This document shows positions 26,026-36,539 of a DNA stretch of 64,000 bases, one piece after another; position 1 is the first letter of the stretch; each line of letters opens with the position of its first letter. Source of the stretch: Candidatus Marinacidobacterium sp. (GTDB taxonomy: Bacteria > Acidobacteriota > Vicinamibacteria > Marinacidobacterales > Marinacidobacteraceae); NCBI GenBank assembly GCA_965204755.1, contig OZ242011.1, positions 736,001-800,000 on the forward strand. Direction: 5' to 3'. The position numbers were made by a program, and so were the translations under genes. The notes beneath the pieces were generated by a model. It was not told where the DNA came from. It ran no database searches and saw only the letters and a list, made by a program, of their open reading frames with translations.

Positions 26026-27348
26026 TCAGCCGAACAGGCCGCTCAGCAGACCGGTTTTCGAGAGGTCGAGCAGGATGACGAGGACGAAGATCGCCAGCAT
26101 CAGCGCCGCCCCGGCGATCATCAGCCCCTGGCGGACGCGGGCGCTGAGGTCGCGGCGCACCGCGGACTCGATGAGCAGCACCGCGATCTGGCCGCCGTCC
26201 AGCACCGGGATCGGGAGGAGGTTCAGGACGCCGAGGCTCAGGCTGAGCACCGCCATGAGCAGCAGCGTCTCGGTCGGCCCCCGGCGGAGCGCCTCCCCGG
26301 AGGCCTGGGCGATCCCGATGGGGCCGGAGAACTGCCGCGGCGAGGCGGAGCCCCCGACCAGCCGGCCCAACTGCTCGACGGTGAGCCGGCCCCAGCGGGC
26401 GGTCTCGACCACCGCTTCGCGGAGGGCCGCGCCGGCGGACGCCGCGCGCTGCATCCGCATCGGGGGCGCGAACTGGACGCCGATCCGGGGGAGCGGGCCG
26501 CCCTCCGGCTGCTCGACCAACTCCGGGGTGACCGGGAGCGCGAGCGTCCGGCCTTCGCGCTCGAGGGTCAGTTCGAGGGGGCGGGGCCCGGAGGCGAGGA
26601 CGATCTGCTGGACCTCGCGCACGCTGCCCACCGGGGCGCCGTCCACGCCGACGATGCGGTCGCCGGGGAGGAGGCCGGCCGCTTCCGCCGGGGTGCCTTC
26701 GCCGACCTCGCCGACGAGCGCCGGAGCCGGGGGATAGACGCCGCTGTCGCCGATGGCGTTCTCGTCGCCTTCGACCCGGACCGGGATCTCCTGCGGGGCG
26801 CCGCCGCGGTCCACCGTGAAGACCACTTCGCGGTCCGGGCGGACGGCGATGTATTCGAGGACGGCGCGCCAGTCGGCCACCGGGTCGCCGCCGAGCGCGA
26901 GGATGCGGTCGCCGGCCCGGACTCCCGCGGCGCCCGCCGGGGAATCCGCGGCGACATAGGAGACGACCGGGGGGTCGGAGAGGCCGACGCGGCGCTCGAG
27001 GCCGACCCAGAACAGGCCGGCGAGGATGAGGACGGCGAGCAGGAAGTTCATCGCCGGGCCGGCCAGCAGGATGGCGAGGCGCTCGCCGCGGGTGCGGTTT
27101 TGCAGTTCCTCCGGGTCGCCGGTGCCGCGTCCGGGGATGTCGCCGGCCATCTTCACGAAGCCGCCGAGGGGGAGGAGCCCGATGACGAAGTCGGTGGGGC
27201 CGATCCGGTGGCGGAAGATCGTCGGGGGGAAGCCGATGGAGAAGGTCTCCACCCGGACGCCGACCAGCCGGGCGACCAGGTAGTGGCCGAACTCGTGGAC
27301 GATGACGAGCGTCCCCACGACGATGACGAAGGCGATGATGGTCGTCAT
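26026..27348 (-). CDS. rseP: RIP metalloprotease RseP (two PDZ domains)
   Basis: HEFGH, FSIGF, AGPAMN, NLLPIPVLDGG. Confidence 0.95.
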   Translation of the reverse strand: MTTIIAFVIVVGTLVIVHEFGHYLVARLVGVRVETFSIGFPPTIFRHRIGPTDFVIGLLPLGGFVKMAGDIPGRGTGDPEELQNRTRGERLAILLAGPAMNFLLAVLILAGLFWVGLERRVGLSDPPVVSYVAADSPAGAAGVRAGDRILALGGDPVADWRAVLEYIAVRPDREVVFTVDRGGAPQEIPVRVEGDENAIGDSGVYPPAPALVGEVGEGTPAEAAGLLPGDRIVGVDGAPVGSVREVQQIVLASGPRPLELTLEREGRTLALPVTPELVEQPEGGPLPRIGVQFAPPMRMQRAASAGAALREAVVETARWGRLTVEQLGRLVGGSASPRQFSGPIGIAQASGEALRRGPTETLLLMAVLSLSLGVLNLLPIPVLDGGQIAVLLIESAVRRDLSARVRQGLMIAGAALMLAIFVLVILLDLSKTGLLSGLFG

Positions 27349-27398
27349 GGGATCGTCAGGGGGTCGTCAGGAGGAGGTCGGTCGGGTGCGGCGGAGGG

Positions 27399-28649
27399 TC
27401 AGGTGGCGAGGGCGGGGGCGGCGGCGCGGCGCGACGCGGCTTCGGCGGCGCGGCGGCGGCCCCAGGCGTCGGCTGCGGCCACGGCGTCGAGGCCGGTCGG
27501 CTCGGTCGGCGCGTGGGCGGCGAGAGTTTCTTCGACGACCGCCGGGATGTCCGGGAAGCGGAGGCGGCCGGCGAGGAAACCTTCGACCGCGACTTCGTTC
27601 GCCGCGTTCAGGACGGTGGGGGCGTCGCCGCCGGCTTCGAGCGCTTCGCGGGCCAGGCGGAGCGCCGGGAAGCGCGCCGGGTCGGGCGGGGAGAAGCGGA
27701 GGGCGAAGGCGCGGTCGAGGGGGAGCGGGGCTAGGCCGGTGGGGAGGCGCTCCGGCCAGGTCAGGGCGTATTGCACCGGGATCTGCATGTCGGTGACGCC
27801 GAGTTGGGCGAGGAACGAGCCGTCCGCGAACTCGACCAGCGAGTGGACGACGCTCTCCGGGTGGACGACCACCCGGATGGCGGCGGGGTCGGCGCCGAAG
27901 AGCCAGCGGGCTTCGATGGTCTCGAGGCCCTTGTTCATCATCGTGGCGGAGTCCACGGTGACCTTGGGGCCCATGTCCCAGGTCGGATGGGCGAGGGCCT
28001 GCTCCGGGGTGGCTTCTGCCATTTCCCCGAGCGTGGCCTCGCGGAAGGGGCCGCCGGAGGCGGTGAGCCAGAGGCGCAGCGGCCGGTCGCGGTCGTTCGC
28101 GTCCTGCGAGCCGAAGCCTCCCCGGCCCGCGAGGCACTGGAAGATCGCCGCGTGTTCGCTGTCCACCGGGATGAGCCGCGCGCCGGCGGCTTCGGCGGCG
28201 CGGGTCATCAGCGAGCCGGCGGCGACCAGCGACTCCTTGTTGGCGAGCCCCACGATGCGCCCGGCGCGGAGCGCGGCGAGCGTGGGCCGGAGCCCGGCGG
28301 CGCCGACGATCGCCGACATCACCACCTCCGCGCCGGGCCAGGCGGCGGCTTCCTCCAATCCCTCCGGGCCGCCGAGCACGCGGACGCCGGGGAAGCGCGC
28401 CCCGTACTCGCGGGTGAACGCCGCCGCCTCCTCCCCGCTCCCGAAGGCCGCCGCTTCCGGGCGGTGCTTCGCCACGAGGTCGGCGAACCGCTCGGTGGCC
28501 CGTCCGGCGGCCAGCGCCAGCACCCGGAACCGGTCGGGGAACCGGGCCGCCGCCCGCAGCGTGGTCGAACCGATGGAGCCGGTGGCGCCGAGGATCGAGA
28601 GGCCGCGCACCGCCGGCTCGCGGGCCGCGCCGGCGGTCGCCTCTCCCAT
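27399..28649 (-). CDS. dxr: 1-deoxy-D-xylulose-5-phosphate reductoisomerase
   Basis: LGATGSIG, LANKESLV, PVDSEH, TASGGPF, HPTWDMG, DSATMMNKGLE. Confidence 0.96.
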   Translation of the reverse strand: MGEATAGAAREPAVRGLSILGATGSIGSTTLRAAARFPDRFRVLALAAGRATERFADLVAKHRPEAAAFGSGEEAAAFTREYGARFPGVRVLGGPEGLEEAAAWPGAEVVMSAIVGAAGLRPTLAALRAGRIVGLANKESLVAAGSLMTRAAEAAGARLIPVDSEHAAIFQCLAGRGGFGSQDANDRDRPLRLWLTASGGPFREATLGEMAEATPEQALAHPTWDMGPKVTVDSATMMNKGLETIEARWLFGADPAAIRVVVHPESVVHSLVEFADGSFLAQLGVTDMQIPVQYALTWPERLPTGLAPLPLDRAFALRFSPPDPARFPALRLAREALEAGGDAPTVLNAANEVAVEGFLAGRLRFPDIPAVVEETLAAHAPTEPTGLDAVAAADAWGRRRAAEAASRRAAAPALAT

Positions 28650-28866
28650 GGTTCCTGCCGAGCCTGCCGCCGCCGCGAAATCCGCTTTCGCCGGATTGTA
28701 GAGGCGGAACCGGCCCCCGGCGGCGCGGGTCTCCGGTCGGCGGGACTCGGTACACTTTTCGACTCGGAGCGCTGGGGCCGTAACTCGTGAGCGGAGGCCG
28801 ACCGGCGCCGGGAGCGGGGTCGGAGGAGCGGCGGATCGGGCCGCGCGGCGGGAGGCGCCGTCACGA

Positions 28867-29976
28867 ATGAAGATCGAACGACTGCGAGTCCGGGAACTCC
28901 GGCTCGAACTGAAACACGCCTTCGAGACGAGTTTCTCCCGGGTGCGGGAACAGCGGTTCCTGCTGCTCGAAGCGCGGGTGGACGGGGTCACGGCGTGGTC
29001 GGAGTGCGTGGCGGACGCCGCGCCCGGCTACTCGCCGGAGACGGTGCGGACCGCCGAGCACCTCCTCCGCGACTTCCTCTGGCCGATCGCCCGGGAAGCG
29101 GACTGGGCGCACCCGGACGAAGTGCTGCCGTCGTTCGCCGCCGTCCGGGGGCACAACATGGCGAAGGCGGCCGTCGAGATGGCGGTCTGGGACGCCTACG
29201 CCCGGCTGCGCGGGGAGTCCATCGCCGAAGCGCTCGGCGGGACGCGGGAGCGGACCGTCTCCGGGGTCTCCATCGGCGTCCAGGACTCGCCGGAGGAACT
29301 CTTCGAGAAGATCGCCCTCGAACTCGACCGGGGCTACCGGCGGATCAAGTTGAAAATCAAGCCGGGGTGGGACCTCGACATCGTGCGCCGGGTCCGCGAG
29401 CGCTTCCCGGACGCGCCGCTGATGGTGGACGCGAACAGCGCCTACACGCTCGCCGACGAGGCGCTGTTCCGGGAACTCGACCGGTTCGACCTGATGATGA
29501 TCGAGCAGCCGTTGGCCTACGACGACATCCTCGACCACGCGGCGCTCCAGGCGAAGATCGAGACGCCGATCTGCCTCGACGAGTCCGTCCGCTCGCCGGC
29601 GGACGCCCGGAAGGCGCTCGCGGCGGGGGCCTGCCGGATCATCAACATCAAGGCGGGGCGCGTGGGCGGGCTCTCCTCGGCGCGGGACATCGCGAAGATC
29701 GCCGAGGACGCCGGGGTTCCGGCGTGGTGCGGCGGGATGCTGGAGAGCGGGGTGGGGCGCGCCCACAACCTGCACCTCTCGTCGCTGTCCGGGTTCTCGC
29801 TGCCCGGCGATGTGTCCGCCTCCGACCGCTACTTCGTGGAGGAAATCATCGAGCCGCCGGTCACCGTGGAGGCCGACGGCTCGATCCCGATCCCGGCGGG
29901 GCCGGGGTTCGGGTTCGCGGTGCGGGAGGATGCGGTGAAACGCCACCAGGTCTCCGAGTTCGTCCTGGAGCGCTGA
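28867..29976 (+). CDS. menC: o-succinylbenzoate synthase / N-acylamino acid racemase (enolase superfamily)
   Basis: RIKLKIKPG, DANSAY, IEQPL, CLDES, NIKAGRVGG, WCGGMLE, PGDVSAS; no other men genes nearby, so a racemase role is possible. Confidence 0.85.
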   Translation: MKIERLRVRELRLELKHAFETSFSRVREQRFLLLEARVDGVTAWSECVADAAPGYSPETVRTAEHLLRDFLWPIAREADWAHPDEVLPSFAAVRGHNMAKAAVEMAVWDAYARLRGESIAEALGGTRERTVSGVSIGVQDSPEELFEKIALELDRGYRRIKLKIKPGWDLDIVRRVRERFPDAPLMVDANSAYTLADEALFRELDRFDLMMIEQPLAYDDILDHAALQAKIETPICLDESVRSPADARKALAAGACRIINIKAGRVGGLSSARDIAKIAEDAGVPAWCGGMLESGVGRAHNLHLSSLSGFSLPGDVSASDRYFVEEIIEPPVTVEADGSIPIPAGPGFGFAVREDAVKRHQVSEFVLER

Positions 29977-29982
29977 CCGGCG

Positions 29983-32298
29983 GTGGGGAGGGCGGCTCGG
30001 GGGCGGCGCCGGCCGCTCCTCCGCCGGGCGGGAGCGGCGCTGGCGCTGGCGTCGCTGGCCGCCGGCGTTCCCGGCGCGGCGGCGGCGCAGGAGGAGTGGC
30101 CGGAGCCCTTCACGGCGCGGGAACGGCTGGCGCGGGTGCTCCGGCTGGAGGACGCCCGGTCGTTCGGGGAACTCCCGCCGGCGCCCGTCGAGGCGGAGGT
30201 TCCGGCGGAGGGTGAAGCAGCGGCCGCGGCCGCGGCGCGCCGCGCGAACGAGGCCGGCTGGCTCGGCGCCCGGGTGTTCTCCGACCCGGATCACGAAGTG
30301 CGGCGGCAGGCGGCGCTGGCGCTCGGCCGGATCGGGCGGCCGGAGGCGGTGGGGCCGCTCCTCGCCGCGGTGGCCGGGGACGAGGCCGGGGCGGTCCGGG
30401 CGGCCGCCGCCTTCGCGCTGGGGATCCTGGAAGACCCGCTTCCGCCGGAGGGGGTCGAGGGGCTCCGCGCCGCGCTCGCCGACCCCTCCGGGCTGGTGCG
30501 GGAGAAGGCCATCGAGGCGATCGGGCGCCGGGGGGGCGAGGACGCGCTGGAAGTCGTCCGCGAGTGGCTGGCCGAGCGGGTGCTGGTTACCGGTTTCGCC
30601 GGGCGCCGGGAGGATGTGGAGGCGTCCCTGCGGCGCACCGGCTGGGACGAGGCCCGGTTCGGGCTGTTCGCGCTCGCCCGGATCGCGGACGATCGGCGCG
30701 GCGAGGAGGAGGACGCCGGCGTTTCCGCCGCGGCCGCGGAAGTCCTCGGCGAGGCCGGGGTTCCCCGGACGAACTGGTGGGCCGCGGCCTGGACCGCCGC
30801 CCGGGTCGGCGGCGCGCCGCTGCTCCCGCTCCACCGGGCCTACGCGTCGCAGGACGACCCGGTCGTCCGCGCGCTGGGCGTCCGCGGACTCGGCGCGTCC
30901 GGCGAGCCGGTGGGGGAGGAGGTCGTCCTCCAACTCGGCCACCCGAACGACAGCGTGCGGATCGAGGCGGTCCGGGCGCTCCTCGCGCTGGCCGCCGCCG
31001 GGCGGGAGATGCCGGAGAACGCCGGCGCGGCGCTGCTCCAGAACCGCGCCGACCCGCTGCCGGCGGTCCGCCGGGAGGCGCTCTCCGGGCTCGCCCGCGC
31101 GCCGGCGGCGGGGGCGGCGGAAGTCCTCCTCGACGACCTGCGCTCCCCGGATCCGGAGACCCGGGCGCGGGCGCTCGCCGCTTACCGGCGCCAGGACGGG
31201 GAGGGCTTCTTCCTGCTCCTCTCCGGCTGGTCGGACCGCGACCCGCTGGGGCGGCTGCACCTTCTGCGGGAACTCTCCCGGATTCCCGACGGGCGGCTGC
31301 GGGACTTCCTCCACCAGGCCGCGGGGGACGCCGACCCCCGCGTCCGCGCGGCGGCGCTGACCGGGTTCGGCGCCCTCGAGTCCGCCCTCGCCGGGGCGGA
31401 CGCCCCCCGGTCGAACCCCCGGTCGAACGGGGCCGGGGAGGCGGAGGAAGACCCCGAAGCGGCCTTCGACGCCTCGCTGGCGGCGCTCCGGGGCGGCCTC
31501 GCCGCCGAAGACCTCCACGAACGCGCCGCCGCCGCCGGCGCCCTCCGCCGGCTCGCCGCCGAAGGGCTCCTCTCCCGGAACCGCCGGTTCGAGGCGGCCG
31601 CCGCCGTACGGGCCGCGTACGAAGCGGACGACGCCGAAGTCGCCGACTTCCGGCTCGCCGCCCTCCGGGCGCTGCTCGAACTCGGCGACCCGCCGGAGCG
31701 CCTCCGGTTCGCCGAACAGGCGCTGGCCGACCCCGCCTGGCCGGTGCGGCGCGAGGCGCACGAAGTCCTCCGCCGGGCGGGCGAGTCGCCGCCGCCCCCG
31801 GCCCCGGCGGAGACGCTCCCGGAGGAGGACTACGACGCGATGCTCCACGCGCCGTACACCCCGGTGGCCTGGATCACCACGGAGCGGGGGGAGATCGAAG
31901 TCGAACTCTTCGTCGCCGACGCGCCGCGCACCGTGACGAACTTCATCCGCCTGGCGCGGTCGGGCTTCTACGACGGCCTCGCCTTCCACCGGGTGGTTCC
32001 CAACTTCGTGCTCCAGGCCGGCGACCCCCGCGCCGACAACTCCGGCGGGCCGGGCTACGCGATCCGCTGCGAAGTCAACGAGCGCTCCTACATGCGCGGC
32101 AGCGTCGGCATGGCGCTCGACGGGAAGGACACCGGCGGCAGCCAGTTCTTCGTCACCCTCCTCCCGCAACCCCACCTGAACGGCCGCTACACCCTCTTCG
32201 GCCAGGTGCGGGAGGGCTTCGAAGTCCTCGACCGCCTGGAGCCCGGCGACCGCATCCGCCGCGTCCGCATCTGGGACGGCGTAATCCCCCCGGAGTGA
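29983..32298 (+). CDS. Secreted HEAT-repeat protein with C-terminal cyclophilin-type peptidylprolyl isomerase
   Basis: Signal peptide; repeated VRxxAAxALG units; FYDGLAFHRVVPNFVLQAGDP, DTGGSQFF, PHLNGRYTLFG. Confidence 0.9.
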   Translation: MGRAARGRRRPLLRRAGAALALASLAAGVPGAAAAQEEWPEPFTARERLARVLRLEDARSFGELPPAPVEAEVPAEGEAAAAAAARRANEAGWLGARVFSDPDHEVRRQAALALGRIGRPEAVGPLLAAVAGDEAGAVRAAAAFALGILEDPLPPEGVEGLRAALADPSGLVREKAIEAIGRRGGEDALEVVREWLAERVLVTGFAGRREDVEASLRRTGWDEARFGLFALARIADDRRGEEEDAGVSAAAAEVLGEAGVPRTNWWAAAWTAARVGGAPLLPLHRAYASQDDPVVRALGVRGLGASGEPVGEEVVLQLGHPNDSVRIEAVRALLALAAAGREMPENAGAALLQNRADPLPAVRREALSGLARAPAAGAAEVLLDDLRSPDPETRARALAAYRRQDGEGFFLLLSGWSDRDPLGRLHLLRELSRIPDGRLRDFLHQAAGDADPRVRAAALTGFGALESALAGADAPRSNPRSNGAGEAEEDPEAAFDASLAALRGGLAAEDLHERAAAAGALRRLAAEGLLSRNRRFEAAAAVRAAYEADDAEVADFRLAALRALLELGDPPERLRFAEQALADPAWPVRREAHEVLRRAGESPPPPAPAETLPEEDYDAMLHAPYTPVAWITTERGEIEVELFVADAPRTVTNFIRLARSGFYDGLAFHRVVPNFVLQAGDPRADNSGGPGYAIRCEVNERSYMRGSVGMALDGKDTGGSQFFVTLLPQPHLNGRYTLFGQVREGFEVLDRLEPGDRIRRVRIWDGVIPPE

Positions 32299-32308
32299 CC
32301 GCCCCGGA

Positions 32309-33172
32309 GTGACCGCCCCGGCCTCCCCCTCCGGCGCGCCGCGTTTTCGGCTGGTTGCGGCCGACCTCGACGGCACCCTCCTCGACGGGAAGAAGCGGAT
32401 CGCCCCGGAGGACCGGGAGGCGCTCCGGCGCGCCGACCGGGAGGGGGTGGCGCTCGCGCTGATCTCCGGCCGCCGCTACGCCGAGATGGAACTGCTCACG
32501 GCGGACGCCCCGGAGGGGGCCTACCTCGCCGGGCACGGCGGGGCGCTCATCCGGCGGGGCGGGGTCACCATCGCCGAGACGCTGCTGCCGCGGGCCGCGG
32601 CCTCGGCGGCGCTCGCCGCGGCGCGCCGGCTGGGGATGATCGCGCTGGTGAGCGGCCGGGACGGCGGCGTCCGGATCACCGCGCCGGACCCCGGCTCCGA
32701 GCGGGTGCGCCGCTACCTGGCCACCGTCCGCCCGCCGCCGGCCTTCGTCTCCGAGATCGAGTTCGCCGACGACCCGATCCATGTCGTCCTCGCCGGGACG
32801 CCGGAGGACTGCCGCCGGGCGGAGGGGGAACTCCGGGAAACGCTCGACGGCGCGGCGGCGCTCGACCGGACGGAGTACCCGGCCCCGTCCCGGAGCGCCG
32901 GCCTGGGGCTCCTCGATGTGCTGGGGCCGGGCGCGGACAAGGGAGCGGCGCTGCGGCTGGTGGCGGAGCACGCCGGCGTCCGCCCGGAGGAGACGCTGGC
33001 GATCGGGGACAACTGGAACGACCTCTCCATGCTGCGCGCCGCCGGCAAGGGCGTCCTCATGGCGAACGCCCCGCCGGAACTCCGGGCGCTGGGCTTCGAC
33101 CGCACCGCCGCCCACACGCAGTGCGGCGTCGCCCGCGCCCTCGAACGCTTCCTCTTCCCTCCGGCCCGGTGA
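32309..33172 (+). CDS. Cof-type HAD-IIB hydrolase
   Basis: DLDGTLL, ISGR, DKG, GDNWNDLSM. Confidence 0.9.
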   Translation: MTAPASPSGAPRFRLVAADLDGTLLDGKKRIAPEDREALRRADREGVALALISGRRYAEMELLTADAPEGAYLAGHGGALIRRGGVTIAETLLPRAAASAALAAARRLGMIALVSGRDGGVRITAPDPGSERVRRYLATVRPPPAFVSEIEFADDPIHVVLAGTPEDCRRAEGELRETLDGAAALDRTEYPAPSRSAGLGLLDVLGPGADKGAALRLVAEHAGVRPEETLAIGDNWNDLSMLRAAGKGVLMANAPPELRALGFDRTAAHTQCGVARALERFLFPPAR

Positions 33173-34350
33173 GCGGCGCCGCCCCCGGCTCTCTCCCCGG
33201 TTCGTTCCCCGGTTCATTCCCCGGTTCGTTCGAAGTCCGGGCCGGGAGCGGCGGCGCCCGGCTCGGCCGGCTCACCACCGCCCACGGCCCGGTGGAGACG
33301 CCGGCCTTCATGCCGGTGGCCACCCGGGGGGCCATCCGCGCCCTCGCTTCGGCGGAGGCGGAGGCGGCGGGAACCCGGATCCTGCTGGCGAACGCCTACC
33401 ACCTGATGCTGCAGCCGGGCGACCGGCGGATCGCCGGGCTGGGCGGGCTCCACCGGCTGATGGACTGGCGCCGCCCCATCCTCACGGACAGCGGCGGCTA
33501 CCAGGTGGCCAGCCTCGCCGGGCTCCGCCGGGTCACCGAGGAGGGCGTGGACTTCCGCTCCCATTTCGACGGCTCGGCGCACCGGCTGACCCCGGAGCGG
33601 GCGATGGAAGTCCAGCGGCACCTCGGTTCGGACATCGCGATGGTGCTGGACGAGTGCCTCTCGCTGCCGGCCCCGCCGGAAGCGGTGGAGCGCGCCGCCG
33701 GGCGGAGCCTCCGCTGGGCGGAGCGGTCGCTCGCCGAGCCGCGCTCGCCGGGCCAACTCCGCTTCGGCATCGCGCAGGGCGGATCCGACCCCGGCCTCCG
33801 GGAGCGGAACGCGGCGGCGCTCGCCGCCCTCGGCCCGCCCGGCGACGGGTTCGACGGCTTCGGGATCGGCGGCCTGTTCATGGGCGAGACCGGCGAGGAG
33901 ACCCGCGAGATGACCCGCCTCGCGGCGGCGGCGCTGCCGGCCTCCCGGCCCCGCTACCTCATGGGCGCCGGCCTCCCCGCCGACCTGCTGGAGTCCGCCG
34001 CGCTGGGGGTGGACCTCTTCGACAGCGTCGTCCCCACCCGGCTCGCCCGCCGGGGCATCGTCTTCACTCCCGCCGGCCGGCTGAACCTCTCCCGGGCGCC
34101 GTTCCGCGACGACGGGGAACCGCTCGACCGGGACTGCCCCTGCCCCGCCTGCCGGACGGCCGTCCGCGCCTGGCTCCACCACCTCGTCCGCGCCCGGGAG
34201 CGGGTGGCGGCGACCCTCCTCACCGCCCACAACCTCACCTTCTACGCCCGCCTCACCGAACGGATGCGCGCCGCGATCGCCGCCGGCGACTACGACGACT
34301 TCCGCCGCGCCGAACTCACCCGCCTCGCCCGCCGCCACCCGCCCGCGTAA
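33169..34350 (+). CDS. tgt: tRNA-guanine transglycosylase
   Basis: ETPAFMPV, ANAYHL, TDSGGYQV, LDEC, PRYLMG, DLFDSVVPTR, CPCPAC...HNL; synteny with yajC-secDF. Confidence 0.93.
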   Translation: MSGAAPGSLPGSFPGSFPGSFEVRAGSGGARLGRLTTAHGPVETPAFMPVATRGAIRALASAEAEAAGTRILLANAYHLMLQPGDRRIAGLGGLHRLMDWRRPILTDSGGYQVASLAGLRRVTEEGVDFRSHFDGSAHRLTPERAMEVQRHLGSDIAMVLDECLSLPAPPEAVERAAGRSLRWAERSLAEPRSPGQLRFGIAQGGSDPGLRERNAAALAALGPPGDGFDGFGIGGLFMGETGEETREMTRLAAAALPASRPRYLMGAGLPADLLESAALGVDLFDSVVPTRLARRGIVFTPAGRLNLSRAPFRDDGEPLDRDCPCPACRTAVRAWLHHLVRARERVAATLLTAHNLTFYARLTERMRAAIAAGDYDDFRRAELTRLARRHPPA

Positions 34351-34592
34351 GGCCGGGACGCCGCCGCCCTCGTGGTATCCTGCCGGACTCGCCCGCCCGG
34401 CCTCTCTCCCGACGGTTGGAGAGTTCCGGGCGTTTTCGCATCCGGCCCCGGGACGCCGGGAAAAAGCGCCGAGAAAGGCGCCGGGACTCACGGCGGCCGA
34501 AGCGCCGAACGGGGCCCCGCCCGCTTCGGCGCCCCTTTCCGTAACAGCCGGGTTCCCGAAGCCCCACCGACGAGACTCCCACCGACCGCACC

Positions 34593-34913
34593 ATGCATCC
34601 CGTCCTGCTCCAAGCCGACGGCGGCGGCGCCTTCGGCATGCAATTGGTGCTGTTCGCCATCATCTTCGGCATCTTCTACTTCATCGTGTTCCGGCCGATG
34701 CGCAAGCGGCAGCGGGATACCGACGAGATGCTGAAGTCCCTGCAGCGGGGCCACCGGGTGGTGACCAGCGGCGGCCTCCACGGCCAGATCACCGCGCTCA
34801 CCGACGATGTGGTGACCCTGAAGGTGACCGAGACGGTGAAACTCCGGGTCTCGCGCAGCGCCATCGCCAGCGTGGTCGAGCCGGCGTCCCCGACCAAGGG
34901 GACGAAGTCCTGA
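34593..34913 (+). CDS. yajC: Preprotein translocase subunit YajC
   Basis: IFYFIVFRP, LQRGHRVVTSGGLHGQI. Confidence 0.95.
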   Translation: MHPVLLQADGGGAFGMQLVLFAIIFGIFYFIVFRPMRKRQRDTDEMLKSLQRGHRVVTSGGLHGQITALTDDVVTLKVTETVKLRVSRSAIASVVEPASPTKGTKS

Positions 34914-34980
34914 CGACCGCGTTCACGACCGGGTTCGACCGCGGAGCCGCCCTCCGGCGATCGGGGCCGACGACCCTCCG

Positions 34981-36519
34981 GTGAAGCGCAACCTCGGCCT
35001 CAAGGGCGTATTCCTCCTCGCGCTGGTCGGGGGGCTGGTCTGGCTGGTGAACCCGCCGTCCGAGCGGCTGGTGCTGGGGCTCGACCTCCAGGGCGGAATC
35101 CACCTGGTGATGCGGGTGCAGACCGCCGACGCCGTCCGGGTGCTCACCGACGAAACCGGCGAACAACTCGCCGAGCGGATGGACGACGAGGGCATCGACT
35201 TCGCGGACATCCGGGGCGACGGGCCGGGCGCCCTCACCATCCTCGACCTCGACGACAGCCGGATGGGCGAAGTCCGGCAGATCACCGAGTTCACCTGGCC
35301 CGGCTGGGACCTCCGGTCCGCCGGCGACGGGAACTGGTCGTTCAACCTGCGGGCGGCCGAAGAAATCACCGTCCGCGAGCAGACCGTGACGCAGGCGATG
35401 GAGACCATCCGCCGCCGCGTGGACGAACTCGGCGTGGCCGAGCCGGTGATCACCACCCACGGGACCACCGGCGACCAGATCCTGGTGCAGTTGCCGGGTT
35501 ACGAAGATGTGGCGCGGGCGAAGGAAATCATCCAGGCCACCGCCCAACTCGAACTCAAGATGGTGCAGGCGGGGCCGGCGATGGATCCCTCGCTCCTGCC
35601 GCCGCTGAACAGTTCCCTCGAGAACCTGGAGACGGAACTCGACACCGGCGCCACCGGCTACTACCAGGTGAACCGGGTGGCGGCGATCACCGGGCGCGAC
35701 CTGCGGAACGCCCGCCAGGGCATCGACTTCCAGACGAACACGCCCAATGTGGAGTTCAGCCTCCACGCCGACGGCGCCTCGAAGATGCGGGAGTTCACCG
35801 GCGCGAACCTGGGGCGCCAGATGGCCATCGTGCTCGACGGCGAAGTGGTCTCGGCCCCGGTGATCGAGGGGCCGATCTACGACCAGGGGCAGATCACCGG
35901 CAACTTCTCGGTCGAGGAAGCCCTCGACCTGGCGCTCGTGCTCCGCGCCGGCGCGCTCCCGGCCTCGCTCGAATACCAGGAGGAGCGGACCGTCGGCCCC
36001 TCGCTCGGCGCGGACTCGATCCGCAGCGGGGTCACCGCCTCCGTCGCGGGACTCGCCGGCGTCCTGCTGTTCATCATCTTCTACTACCGGCTCTCCGGCA
36101 TCAACGCGGTGGTGGCGCTGGTGCTGAACCTGCTGATCCTGGTCGGGGCGATGGCGTACTTCGCGGCGACGCTGACCCTTCCGGGGATCGCCGGGGTGAT
36201 CCTGACCATCGGCATGGGGGTGGACGCGAATGTGCTCATCTTCGAGCGCATCAAGGAGGAGCGGCGCGGCGGGAAACCGCCCCGGACGGCGATCTCGGTG
36301 GGGTTCTCGCGGGTGTTCTGGACGATCGTGGACGCCAACATGACCAGTCTGGTGGCCGCGGCCATCCTGTTCCAGTTCGGCACCGGCCCGGTCCAGGGCT
36401 TCGCGGTGACGCTGAGCATCGGCCTGCTCAGCAATGTGTTCACGGCGATGTTCGTCTCCCGCTACCTGTTCGACCTGGTGCTCTCCGGCCGCCGCCAGGT
36501 TACGGCGCTCAGCATCTGA
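34981..36519 (+). CDS. secD: Protein translocase subunit SecD
   Basis: LGLDLQGG, RRVDELGVAEP, LRAGALP, VGPSLG, GMGVDANVLIFERIKEE. Confidence 0.97.
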   Translation: MKRNLGLKGVFLLALVGGLVWLVNPPSERLVLGLDLQGGIHLVMRVQTADAVRVLTDETGEQLAERMDDEGIDFADIRGDGPGALTILDLDDSRMGEVRQITEFTWPGWDLRSAGDGNWSFNLRAAEEITVREQTVTQAMETIRRRVDELGVAEPVITTHGTTGDQILVQLPGYEDVARAKEIIQATAQLELKMVQAGPAMDPSLLPPLNSSLENLETELDTGATGYYQVNRVAAITGRDLRNARQGIDFQTNTPNVEFSLHADGASKMREFTGANLGRQMAIVLDGEVVSAPVIEGPIYDQGQITGNFSVEEALDLALVLRAGALPASLEYQEERTVGPSLGADSIRSGVTASVAGLAGVLLFIIFYYRLSGINAVVALVLNLLILVGAMAYFAATLTLPGIAGVILTIGMGVDANVLIFERIKEERRGGKPPRTAISVGFSRVFWTIVDANMTSLVAAAILFQFGTGPVQGFAVTLSIGLLSNVFTAMFVSRYLFDLVLSGRRQVTALSI

Positions 36520-36539
36520 CCTCCGGGTAACGGGCCGCC

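Noticed and set aside
28861-32376. 1171-aa minus-strand ORF
   Set aside because: Antisense shadow of menC and the HEAT-cyclophilin gene.
33183-33230. 12-bp repeat (PGSF x4) at the tgt 5' end, and similar short repeats at 39166, 40811 and 53397
   Set aside because: Short slippage-type duplications in linkers or intergenic DNA; unrelated sequences and no evidence of function.
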